DNA of 64,000 nucleotides, taken from contig JABHBL010000088.1 in assembly GCA_018673925.1 (NCBI GenBank), forward strand, positions 2,516 to 66,515, given 5' to 3'. The DNA comes from Fidelibacterota bacterium (GTDB lineage: Bacteria > Fidelibacterota > UBA8477 > JABMPR01). The notes beneath the pieces were generated by a model that was given only the letters and a program-made list of their open reading frames with translations, did not search any database and had not been told where the DNA came from. Made by a program: the position numbers and the translations under genes. Every line of letters begins with the position of its first letter. The stretch's first letter is position 1. This document shows, piece by piece, positions 1-9,168 of the stretch.

Positions 1-713
1 TTCGCTAGACCATAACCATAATCCATCATACCAGCATCAAAAAGAACATCAGAGCCAGAGTGAATGACATATACGCCAGGAGCCAGTGGAACAGCATGAC
101 TGTTACCATCAGATGTCATCAGGGTAGCAGAGCTGGAAACATTTTCAACTCTCAAAGTAAATCCTGTATCGCCGGTTGAGCTCAATGTCACCTTCACAAC
201 ATCGGAAACAGCAGGCAGATTTGAGAAATCATCGGTGGCGAGACGGACGGTATTGTCTGAATCAACAGCACCCGTGTTGGCACCAGCTTGACGTGGAGCC
301 TGATCTGAACCAAGACCTGGTTCCTGATTGACTTCACTACCTGCATCCCAAAGCATGATTTGACTGGTGATATCACCAACAATCTGGTCACCCATACTAT
401 CATAAAGATCAATTCCTTCACCGTCGGGTGCATAAAAAAGATCATTTGATTGAACGAACATAGTGGCAAATGATAATTTGCTGCCTGGTGCAGCACTAAA
501 GCTCACTTCATAAGCTTCACCGGGAAAAATAGGTGCTGGAGCTGTTGCACCAACTGGAGTGTTGAACGCTCCGCTGGCGGAATAGCTTTTTGCTTCAGCA
601 ATATTCTCGATAGTGACTTTGAAATCCCCTTCAATTTGCGGTTCATTCGTCGACGTATCGCATGCAACAATCAGCAGTAGTGTCATTCCTATCAGGGTCA
701 TTTTTTGAATCAT
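1..713 (-). CDS. Spondin_N-like domain lipoprotein (partial; C-terminus beyond window start)
   Basis: Minus-strand ORF starts at ATG 711-713 and runs off coordinate 1; the ORF track omits it because it is incomplete. Own translation begins MIQKMTLIGMTLLLIVACDTST, a signal peptide with a lipobox Cys. It is followed by FVQSNDLFYAPDG...IMLWDAGSEVNQEPGLGSDQAPRQ, which I recognise as the bacterial Spondin_N pattern. Confidence 0.55.
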   Translation of the reverse strand, partial: MIQKMTLIGMTLLLIVACDTSTNEPQIEGDFKVTIENIAEAKSYSASGAFNTPVGATAPAPIFPGEAYEVSFSAAPGSKLSFATMFVQSNDLFYAPDGEGIDLYDSMGDQIVGDITSQIMLWDAGSEVNQEPGLGSDQAPRQAGANTGAVDSDNTVRLATDDFSNLPAVSDVVKVTLSSTGDTGFTLRVENVSSSATLMTSDGNSHAVPLAPGVYVIHSGSDVLFDAGMMDYGYGLA

Positions 714-908
714 GGTATCCTCCTTGTTTAGTTACCGTTGGTTTTCTTGACCTGGGCCAAGATACCAAGTGGGTATCACGGAAGTATCACGCGGGCATCA
801 AATGAGTGTAAAGTCTGCAGATATAATGGGTGTTGGTTCAAGGAGAAGTACGTGCGAAGCATGCTCCGCACGTACTTCGTTAGAGAATATGAATAAGCAT
901 AAACTGGA

Positions 909-2372
909 CTAAGCAACAGGTAGACTAAAGTGAAAGCGGGTTCCCTTTCCCAATTCGCTCTCCACTTGAAGGACCTCACCATGAGCTTCAATCATTTTTG
1001 AAGCTATGGTTAAACCCAGACCCGTACTGGTGGATCCCTTGACAGTTTTCTTGCCTCCTGTGTAGAAGCGATCAAAAATATGGGGCAAGTCATCTGGGCT
1101 AATACCCTGACCGGTGTCCGCAATGCTGATCGATACAGAATTTCCCTGCTGTTTTATATCTAGCATTATGCTTCCACCAGATTCAGTAAATTCAGATGCA
1201 TTGCGAATCAGGTTGGAGATGACCCGTTCCACCATGGCAATATCTCCAATCACTGGAGGTAAGCTGTGGGGAATGTTGTCCACAAGCTCTAAGCCATGAG
1301 CTTCTATCTGAGTTTTAAATTTCAAAGACACATCCTGGGCCAACTCATTTATTGAAAAAGGTTCCTGCTCAGGGAGGATCTGTTTGGCTTCCAGCTTGGA
1401 CAATTCAAACAATTCATTGACCTGCTTACTCAGGCTTTGGGTATTTTTTAGAATAACACCGAGATATTTAAGTTTGCGATCCTCTTCCATATCCGATTTC
1501 ATCAGGATGGTTTCTACATAGCCCTGAATGGAGGCAAGCGGCGTGCGCAAGTCATGAGAAACGTTGGCAATCAGTTCTCGACGAAGGGTATCATTTTGTC
1601 TCAGTTTCTCAATGGTGGCTTCAATGGTATCGGCCATACTATTAAAGGAATGACCAAGTTGTCCAAATTCGTCCTTCGTTGATACATCTATACGATGTTC
1701 GAGATTACCCTGTTCAAATTCGGTGACAATCTCTGAGATCGCCCGTAAACGTTTGGTCAGAATAGCAAATAGGATCAGCCCAATGATGCCTGCAAACAGT
1801 ACCGTTATTAGCAGACCATTGATCATTGTGCGAATTATGTAGCTCTCTTCGAAAAAGGCAAAGGTCGAGTCATACTGCTGGCCCCCTATAATGATATAGA
1901 GAAATCCTTTTGATCCATCTTCAAACTCTAACTCAGCCGCCGAGAAGGGTTTGTATTTACCGGGTTGCCTGGGATCACTTCCCAAAATGGGTGCATGATC
2001 GGCTTGCAACAGGAATTGATAGACTGGATCCAGATCAACAGAATCAGCAACCATGGTTTTACCTGGTTCAGCATAAAAAGCCAACACCTTACCATTCGAG
2101 TTTAACACATAGATTTCAATTTTAGGATTCATCACCATCATATAGTGAATACGTTCACCAATTTGCGGGGATTGAAGTGCTACATCCAGAACAGGCTTGA
2201 GCTCAAAGACCATGTCTCTGGCCAGGTTGAGATTTAAGCGCTGATCAACTTCCTGGTTGAAATTTATAAATGAGCGAGTTGTAATTACAACCTGACTGAT
2301 ACCCATGAATATGAGAACCAGTAGAAATACCGAAGTTAGCTTGCCATAAAATGACTGAAAGAAGCGTCTCAT
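909..2372 (-). CDS. Sensor histidine kinase (2 TM, periplasmic sensor, HAMP, HisKA, HATPase_c)
   Basis: H-box SHDLRTPLASIQGY; G1/G2 ATP-lid motifs ISIADTGQGISPDDLPHIFDRFYTGG and GLGLTIASKMIEAHGG; two hydrophobic segments flanking a ~150-aa periplasmic region. It overlaps the downstream-strand response regulator by 4 bp. Confidence 0.85.
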   Translation of the reverse strand: MRRFFQSFYGKLTSVFLLVLIFMGISQVVITTRSFINFNQEVDQRLNLNLARDMVFELKPVLDVALQSPQIGERIHYMMVMNPKIEIYVLNSNGKVLAFYAEPGKTMVADSVDLDPVYQFLLQADHAPILGSDPRQPGKYKPFSAAELEFEDGSKGFLYIIIGGQQYDSTFAFFEESYIIRTMINGLLITVLFAGIIGLILFAILTKRLRAISEIVTEFEQGNLEHRIDVSTKDEFGQLGHSFNSMADTIEATIEKLRQNDTLRRELIANVSHDLRTPLASIQGYVETILMKSDMEEDRKLKYLGVILKNTQSLSKQVNELFELSKLEAKQILPEQEPFSINELAQDVSLKFKTQIEAHGLELVDNIPHSLPPVIGDIAMVERVISNLIRNASEFTESGGSIMLDIKQQGNSVSISIADTGQGISPDDLPHIFDRFYTGGKKTVKGSTSTGLGLTIASKMIEAHGEVLQVESELGKGTRFHFSLPVA

Positions 2373-3103
2373 AGTTCCAACTCATCTAGATCTGTAAAGC
2401 GATACCCAACACTCCAGACCGTCTGTATGTAGCGGGGATTGGCTGGATCCTGTTCAATTTTTGCCCGCAAGCGATTGATATGTGAATTGACGGTATGCTC
2501 ATATCCACTGAATTGATACCCCCAGATCAGATCCAACAGTTGTTGGCGGGAATAGGCTTTGCCTGGATGACTTGCGAAAAGATACAGCAAATCAAACTCC
2601 TTGGCCGTAAGCTCAATGGATTGACCAGCCACGCTGACCCGTCTCTTCTCACTATCGATATCCAATGTTTCAATTTTGATCGAAGTGGCAACATCTTTGG
2701 GGAGGGAACTCTCGGCATCAACTTCCATACGCCGAAAGATGGCCTTTACCCGCGCTATAAATTCACGAATGCTAAAGGGCTTTGTGATGTATTCATCAGC
2801 ACCCAGCTCTAGGCCCAGAACTTTATCCAGTTCTTCAGAGCGTGAAGTGAGCATCATGATAGGTGTCAGTCGATCTTCCATACGGATGCGCTTGCAAATC
2901 TCCATGCCATCCAACCCCGGCAACATGATATCCAGGATAATCAGATCAAAATCTTCAGCCTGTGCTTTTCCCAGACCCAGCTCTCCATGATCTTCTGAGA
3001 TCACTTCAAAACCCAGATCTTCAAGATGGATTGTCAACAAATCGACGATGGATTCATCGTCTTCAACTACCAAAACACGTTTTTTATTCTCTTTAGGATT
3101 CAC
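2369..3103 (-). CDS. OmpR-family response regulator (REC + winged-helix trans_reg_C)
   Basis: Receiver motifs VLVVEDDESI...DLIILDIMLPGLDG...MLTSR; C-terminal LIWGYQFSGYEHTVNSHINRLRAKIE...IQTVWSVGYRF winged helix. Translationally coupled to the kinase. Confidence 0.9.
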   Translation of the reverse strand: MNPKENKKRVLVVEDDESIVDLLTIHLEDLGFEVISEDHGELGLGKAQAEDFDLIILDIMLPGLDGMEICKRIRMEDRLTPIMMLTSRSEELDKVLGLELGADEYITKPFSIREFIARVKAIFRRMEVDAESSLPKDVATSIKIETLDIDSEKRRVSVAGQSIELTAKEFDLLYLFASHPGKAYSRQQLLDLIWGYQFSGYEHTVNSHINRLRAKIEQDPANPRYIQTVWSVGYRFTDLDELEL

Positions 3104-3458
3104 TATAAACCTTTGATACTAAATTTATTGATAAGCCTAAAGTGGCCTGATTTAACCTAGAATGCAATTTCTAATTCATTGAACTTTTACTAATTTATTT
3201 TAGATTACTTCTTATACTTTTTCGTTGCAGATACCGAATACTGAAGCTGTGGTAACGTTTTCAAAATGTAGTTCCAAAGACTTAATACATTGTGTCTCCA
3301 GTTGAGGCATATACGGGGTGTGGTCTTTTACAGGTACTGGTAACAGTCCCGGTGATATAAGAGTAGTGCATGATCATTATTTTCTGACTTTGTGTTTGAA
3401 GTAAACACTATTCTACCCACACACTAAAAATTGACGGTTTACATTTCGAAAGGGAATA

Positions 3459-6400
3459 TTGATGCAGCAATTTCTGGGTATTTGTGCTGGAGCCTCTACC
3501 ATCACATCAGTGAACCTCCACCAAAATGATCAAGGTACGACTATTGGAGATGTTTTCTCTAAACCTCATGAGGGCAATCCCCGTGCGGTCATCACCAAAC
3601 TATTAAATGAAATTGATGTTGAACAGTTTGACGCCGTTGTTGTTACAGGTCGCCGATTCAAGGAACTTATTGATCTTGAGACCATTTCAGAGCCTCAGGC
3701 TGCCGAACTTGCCTTAAAATTCATAAATAAAGATAAGAAAAACTATAACGCCATTATCAGTGCAGGTGGTGAAACCTTTATGGTTTACCAACTCGATAAG
3801 GCTGGTAAAATTTCCAAAGTATTTACAGGTAACAAGTGTGCTTCCGGTACTGGAGAATTTTTCCTACAGCAGACCCGCCGGATGGGTGTAAACATGGAAG
3901 AAGCCATTGAATTTGGCAAGGGTGAAACCCCCCATGTCGTTTCAGGCCGCTGTTCAGTTTTTTGTAAGAGTGATTGTACCCACGCTACCAATATTGGGGT
4001 TCCCAAAGGACAGGTCGTGGCCGGTCTCAGCCAAATGATGGCCAGTAAGATTCTGGAACTCCTGAAAAACACTCCCAAAGAAGACATCATGATCGTCGGC
4101 GGTACCACCCAGATCGATGTCATGATGGACTATCTCAAAACGAGTATCAAGAATTTGGAAATCCCCGAGGAAGCCACCTATTTTGAGGCTTTGGGAGCAG
4201 CTGTATATGCGTCAGATTTGAAGAACGGTCATAAAGTTGATCTGGAAAATCTTTTCTCGAAAAAATCTTCTCAATTCGATTTCCATAAAGCCCTTTCACT
4301 TTTTGAAGACAAGGTGAATTTTGTCGAGTTGGATCGTGGGGTTGCGAATGATGGTGATACCTGTATTCTCGGTCTGGATGTGGGATCAACCACAACCAAA
4401 ATAGTGGCTCTGAGGGAATCTGATTTAAAAATTGTGGCTAGTGAATATCTCCGCACCAATGGTGATCCCGTAGGTGCTTCCAAAGAGTGCTATCAGGCTG
4501 TCCTGGATGAACTTGATGGAACAAATATTGTAATACGGGGTTTGGGCGTAACTGGGTCGGGCCGTAAAATTGCCGGATTGCATGCCCTGACAGAAGGGGT
4601 TATCAACGAAATCATTGCCCATGCAGTAGCTGCTCTTCATTTCGATGAAGGCGTTGAGACGATCTTCGAAATTGGTGGCCAAGATGCAAAGTATACCTAT
4701 CTCACGAATGGAGTGGCCAGTGATTATGCCATGAATGAGGCCTGCTCAGCAGGGACTGGATCATTCCTGGAAGAGTCCGCCAAAGAGACACTCAATATTG
4801 AGATGGAAGATATTGCTGGTTGGGCCATGAAGGGTACCAAACCACCGAATTTTAATGATCAGTGTGCAGCTTTTATATCCTCAGATATTAAAAACACCTA
4901 CCATGAAGGTATTCCCAAAGAAGATGTCGTTGCCGGTTTAGTATATTCAATCTGCCTGAATTATGTGAATCGAGTGAAAGGTCCTCGCCCAGTAGGAAAC
5001 AAGGTCTTTATGCAAGGTGGCGTTTGCTATAATCGAGCTGTGCCTATCGCCATGGCCGCACTCTCCGGCAAAGAAATTATTGTTCCCCCTGAACCAGGTC
5101 TTATGGGTTCTTATGGTGTGGCTCTTGAAGTAAAAAGCCGTATCGACACCGGTCTCATGGATGAACAGATTTTCAACCTGGAAACACTTATACAGCGTGA
5201 GGTAGGTAGCAAGGCTTCCTTCATTTGTGCTGGTGGAAAAGAAAAGTGTGATATCGGTTGTGAAGTGAATCGCATGGTGATTGAAGGCAAGACCTATCCC
5301 TTTGGTGGAGCTTGTAACTTATATGATAATATTCGCAAGAAAATCACCGTCAATACGGGTGAAAATGATCTGGTTATCAAGCGACAGGATCTGGTGTTAC
5401 ATAAATATGCAGCGGATGTGAGTGATCTACCTGAAGATGCCCCCACAGTAGGGATTTCCAGATCTTTCCTCACAGGAACTTATTATCCCCTTTTCTCCAA
5501 CTTCTTTAAGGAGGTTGGCATTCGACCCGTGCTTTCAGAGACCGTGGAACAAAGTGGTGTTGATCAATGTGCAGCCCCTTTTTGTTACCCTGCAGAAATT
5601 TCACATGGCTATTTTCAGAACTTGATCGACATGAAGTTGGACTACCTCTTTTTGCCCCATGTTCGGAAAATATCAGTGGAAAACGGGTTCAAAGATGCAA
5701 CAACCTGTCCTCTGGTTCAGGGTGAACCCTATTATCTGGGCAGCACCTTTGAATCGCAGTTGGCAAACGACGGACCTGTCATCCTCACCCCGGCCATGCA
5801 GCTAGGTTACGGGCAGGACGATCCCAGTGATGGATTTCAGTCATTAGGAAAACAACTTGGGATATCAAAAAGCCGACTTCAAAAAGCCTACCAAAAAGCA
5901 ATGGTGATTCAAGAAGCCATGCATGCTGAGATGCTGGAGATGGGCAAGTCGACTCTCGAAGAGTTGGAGCAGGATCCAGATCAAGTGGGGATCGTGCTAT
6001 TCGGGCGACCTTATAATGCTTTCATGCCCGAAGCCAATAAAGGAATTCCTCATAAATTTGCATCCAGGGGATATAAATTGATCCCTGTTGATTTCCTCGA
6101 TCTGAAAGAGGCTGAAATTCGTGATCATATGTATTGGAGCATGGGTCAGATAAACCTCAAGGGTGCAGCAATCGTAGAGGCACATCCTCAACTATTTGGT
6201 ACGTTTATAACCAATTTCTCCTGCGGACCCGATTCATTTGTTGTTGGATATTTCCGTAGCATTATGGGTACCAAACCCTCATTGACTCTGGAACTTGACA
6301 ATCATACTGCTGACGCCGGGCTTGAAACCCGTATTGAAGCCTTCCTTGATATTGTGGCTCGATATCGGATTTTAAAAAGCCGGGGAGATACACCTGAAGA

Positions 6401-7772
6401 AGAGCAAGATGACTTCGTCAAGGCTGAATCACGCTTTGAAGATGGCAATTTCATAATCACCACTTCAGATGGTGAAGAAGTTTCTCTTTTTGACAAGCGA
6501 GTTAAAGTAGTTTTTGCTTCCATGAGTGAATATGGTTCACCTGCAATTGCGGCCGCATTCACCAGTCGAGGGATAAACAGTCACACGCTACGTCCCCCGA
6601 ATGAGGAGGAACTCAAGACCGGTCGTGGTAATTCATCCTGTAAGGAATGTCTCCCGCTCCAGCTCACCACAGGTGGCTATATTCATTATCTGGAAGATGA
6701 AAGACCAGACGACGAAATAACGGTTTTCTTTTATCCCACAGCAAACGGTCCCTGTCGTTTTGGTCAATATCAGGATTTCATGCGGGATTTGGTTGTAAAA
6801 CAGAAATTTAAAAACGTAGCCTTTCTCTCTACATCGAGTTCAGATGGCTATGGTGGTTTGGGACAACGAACCACCCTCATGGTATATTATGGTGTGGTTG
6901 TCTCAGATATTTTTGAGGATATGCGTCATGCCATGCTGGTAAATGCAAAAGATCCAGAGCAGGGCATTGCCAGATTAAACGAAATTTGGAGAGAGGTTCT
7001 AACCGGACTTGAGGGTGGCAAAAAGACGTTCTTTGAAGCCATCAAAAAAGCTGCTAGTGATCTTCAGCAAATAGAGCAAATTAAAGATCTTCATACCCTC
7101 CCCCATGTACTAATTGTTGGAGAAATATACGTCCGCAAGGATGGTATTTCAAGACGGTGGCTACCGGAGCGTATGGCCCAAAACGGCATTGTTTCGCATG
7201 TAGCTCCACTACATGAGTGGGTCCACTACGTTGATTGGCTCGTAATGAACAAAGAGCATATGTTTGGTGCTAGTGGAATGACCAGAATGAAAACTAGACT
7301 GAAGAACTCCATCATGTCCCGTGGAGAACGTTCCATCAAGACCATCATGGAAACATCTGGCTGGTATATCAAAAGGATTATCAATATCGATCATGTCATC
7401 GAAGCTTCTAAACCCTATATCTCACCAAAACTCCCTGGAGAAGCAGTAGTTACTACTGGTGGTCCTTTGGCTGAAGTGGGAACTGAGTTTTGTGGAGCCA
7501 TCGCTATTGGTCCTTTCGGTTGTATGCCGAATAGACTGAGCGAAGCGGTACTAAACAATAAAATGGGCAAGGAGCATATCCTGAAACACCGTCATGATGA
7601 CATGACAAAAACTGTGATGGAAGAAGTATCCCACTTGCCCTTCCTGGCCGTTGAAAGTGATGGAAATCCCTTCCCTCAGGTCATCGAAGCCAGGCTGGAG
7701 ACCTTTATGCTCCAGGCTTATCGCTTACATGAAGTAATGGAAAAATATAATACAGCGGAGGTAGTTGCCTAA
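3459..7772 (+). CDS. Large fusion: two BadF/BadG/BcrA/BcrD-type (HgdC-like) activase ATPase domains plus a 2-hydroxyacyl-CoA-dehydratase D-component-like (DUF2229/HgdB-D-like) C-terminal region
   Basis: 1437 aa. Acetate/sugar-kinase-fold motifs CASGTGEFF...IVGGTT and a second copy GLDVGSTTTKIV...CSAGTGSFLEE...MQGGVCYN. The C-terminal half is cysteine-rich (CKECLPLQ, CRFGQY, GPFGCMPN), typical of dehydratase-component-like domains. Confidence 0.7.
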   Translation: MMQQFLGICAGASTITSVNLHQNDQGTTIGDVFSKPHEGNPRAVITKLLNEIDVEQFDAVVVTGRRFKELIDLETISEPQAAELALKFINKDKKNYNAIISAGGETFMVYQLDKAGKISKVFTGNKCASGTGEFFLQQTRRMGVNMEEAIEFGKGETPHVVSGRCSVFCKSDCTHATNIGVPKGQVVAGLSQMMASKILELLKNTPKEDIMIVGGTTQIDVMMDYLKTSIKNLEIPEEATYFEALGAAVYASDLKNGHKVDLENLFSKKSSQFDFHKALSLFEDKVNFVELDRGVANDGDTCILGLDVGSTTTKIVALRESDLKIVASEYLRTNGDPVGASKECYQAVLDELDGTNIVIRGLGVTGSGRKIAGLHALTEGVINEIIAHAVAALHFDEGVETIFEIGGQDAKYTYLTNGVASDYAMNEACSAGTGSFLEESAKETLNIEMEDIAGWAMKGTKPPNFNDQCAAFISSDIKNTYHEGIPKEDVVAGLVYSICLNYVNRVKGPRPVGNKVFMQGGVCYNRAVPIAMAALSGKEIIVPPEPGLMGSYGVALEVKSRIDTGLMDEQIFNLETLIQREVGSKASFICAGGKEKCDIGCEVNRMVIEGKTYPFGGACNLYDNIRKKITVNTGENDLVIKRQDLVLHKYAADVSDLPEDAPTVGISRSFLTGTYYPLFSNFFKEVGIRPVLSETVEQSGVDQCAAPFCYPAEISHGYFQNLIDMKLDYLFLPHVRKISVENGFKDATTCPLVQGEPYYLGSTFESQLANDGPVILTPAMQLGYGQDDPSDGFQSLGKQLGISKSRLQKAYQKAMVIQEAMHAEMLEMGKSTLEELEQDPDQVGIVLFGRPYNAFMPEANKGIPHKFASRGYKLIPVDFLDLKEAEIRDHMYWSMGQINLKGAAIVEAHPQLFGTFITNFSCGPDSFVVGYFRSIMGTKPSLTLELDNHTADAGLETRIEAFLDIVARYRILKSRGDTPEEEQDDFVKAESRFEDGNFIITTSDGEEVSLFDKRVKVVFASMSEYGSPAIAAAFTSRGINSHTLRPPNEEELKTGRGNSSCKECLPLQLTTGGYIHYLEDERPDDEITVFFYPTANGPCRFGQYQDFMRDLVVKQKFKNVAFLSTSSSDGYGGLGQRTTLMVYYGVVVSDIFEDMRHAMLVNAKDPEQGIARLNEIWREVLTGLEGGKKTFFEAIKKAASDLQQIEQIKDLHTLPHVLIVGEIYVRKDGISRRWLPERMAQNGIVSHVAPLHEWVHYVDWLVMNKEHMFGASGMTRMKTRLKNSIMSRGERSIKTIMETSGWYIKRIINIDHVIEASKPYISPKLPGEAVVTTGGPLAEVGTEFCGAIAIGPFGCMPNRLSEAVLNNKMGKEHILKHRHDDMTKTVMEEVSHLPFLAVESDGNPFPQVIEARLETFMLQAYRLHEVMEKYNTAEVVA

Positions 7773-7808
7773 ATATACGTCCTCTTTGGTAACTACCGAT
7801 TATAAAGA

Positions 7809-7845
7809 AGGAGTCATCTATTATCAGATGGCTCCTTTTTAATTT
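7809..7845. terminator. Bidirectional rho-independent terminator between convergent genes
   Basis: AGGAGTCATCT-attatc-AGATGGCTCCT gives an 11-bp stem with one G-U pair, followed by TTTTTAATTT. Confidence 0.5.
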
Positions 7846-9088
7846 ATGTCCCGTCCGTTAAAGATTTTCCTATTCGAATCATAGGCATTTCTATAAATCT
7901 GTGCAATAGTATAGAAATGGTTACAGTTATCGATGTGGCGATCACAAAAATGTAAAATATATCTGTTAATCTAAAATGTGATATGGATGTGTAATCAGTC
8001 GTCCAGAATAAGATCAAACTTGATACAAATATGATGGGAAATTGGAATAAATACATGGGGAATGATAACCTGGCCGGGATACGCCAGAATCTGTGGGATA
8101 ATAACCCTGAAAGATATCTCCCAGCATTTCCTGGTACTATTTTATAATTCAGAAGAATTACCAAGCCCATTACTGCTACTCCAAAAAGGTTACGATGTAG
8201 CGTGAGCCACCAAATGTTTATTTCCGTACCGAAATACTCATAAACCCATGAATCCATTCGGTAGGCAGGGAACTGTAAGGTCAGAATTATCAATGAGACC
8301 GATAACCCCAAAATAATCCAGTTAACCCCTACTGGAATTTGTTTTAATCTTTCAATCATCCTCTTATTGTTATCCAGGAAAGCCCAGCCCATCCCCAAAA
8401 TCAGGGGTCCAAAACGAGCATGGCTTGGAGTGTATATTTTAGTCATTGCATCAAAAACATGGTCTGGATTTTTCAGCAGTTCGATCCAAGTCACACTAGT
8501 CAATTCAGGATGGCCGAGACAGATAAAATAACGAATAGCCAGAGAGGTTAGGAATAGAATACCGAGTATGAAGCCCCTATAGTTTTTAAATTTATAAAGG
8601 AAGAGAAGAATAAATGGAAGCATTGCATAGAATTGAACTTCAATGGATAGACTCCACCCTACCTTGACAATGGAGTCATGATAGAAATTATCAATGAAGA
8701 GAAGATTATGAATTAATTTTGGATATAGGTCTGTTTCAAAGATTGAATAGAGAAAAAGAGCCAATAGAAAGATAGGCATAATTCTGAACGCTCTTCTGAT
8801 ATAAAAAAATCTGAAATTGATCCGAGAAGTTGCATTGAGTTCCTTCAGCAATTGATTGCATAAGAGATAAGCGCTCAGTATAAAAAATATGTCGACTGCC
8901 TTGTCAAAACCAAAAATAAATTGTAGAAAATTCGGAATCCCAGCCAGGTATTGGTGGAGCAATTCAGGTTTATTTCTGTAATGCACCAACACAGGGAGCA
9001 TGAAACAATGATAAGTAAGAATCATCATCACAGACAAACCTCTCAAGCCATTCAGTATGGCATTTTCTGAGTGGTTCTGTGGTTTCAT
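7844..9088 (-). CDS. Acyltransferase family 3 (OafA/YrhL-like) integral membrane protein
   Basis: 414 aa, ~10 predicted TM helices. N-terminal LNGLRGLSVMMILTYHCF and overall topology typical of acyltransferase_3. Confidence 0.7.
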   Translation of the reverse strand: MKPQNHSENAILNGLRGLSVMMILTYHCFMLPVLVHYRNKPELLHQYLAGIPNFLQFIFGFDKAVDIFFILSAYLLCNQLLKELNATSRINFRFFYIRRAFRIMPIFLLALFLYSIFETDLYPKLIHNLLFIDNFYHDSIVKVGWSLSIEVQFYAMLPFILLFLYKFKNYRGFILGILFLTSLAIRYFICLGHPELTSVTWIELLKNPDHVFDAMTKIYTPSHARFGPLILGMGWAFLDNNKRMIERLKQIPVGVNWIILGLSVSLIILTLQFPAYRMDSWVYEYFGTEINIWWLTLHRNLFGVAVMGLVILLNYKIVPGNAGRYLSGLLSHRFWRIPARLSFPMYLFQFPIIFVSSLILFWTTDYTSISHFRLTDIFYIFVIATSITVTISILLHRFIEMPMIRIGKSLTDGT

Positions 9089-9168
9089 TATCGGTTTATT
9101 GTGGTGAATTGTTTCAAATCCCTATCATTCTTCAGAGGCAGGAATGGTCCAGTTGAAAGTTCGATTGA

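Noticed and set aside
1114-2990. Several 60-120-aa ORFs antisense to or out of frame within the sensor kinase and response regulator genes (1114..1299, 1910..2125, 2495..2812, 2527..2721, 2676..2990)
   Set aside because: They lie entirely inside strongly supported longer genes, with low-complexity or Ser/Arg-rich translations typical of shadow frames.
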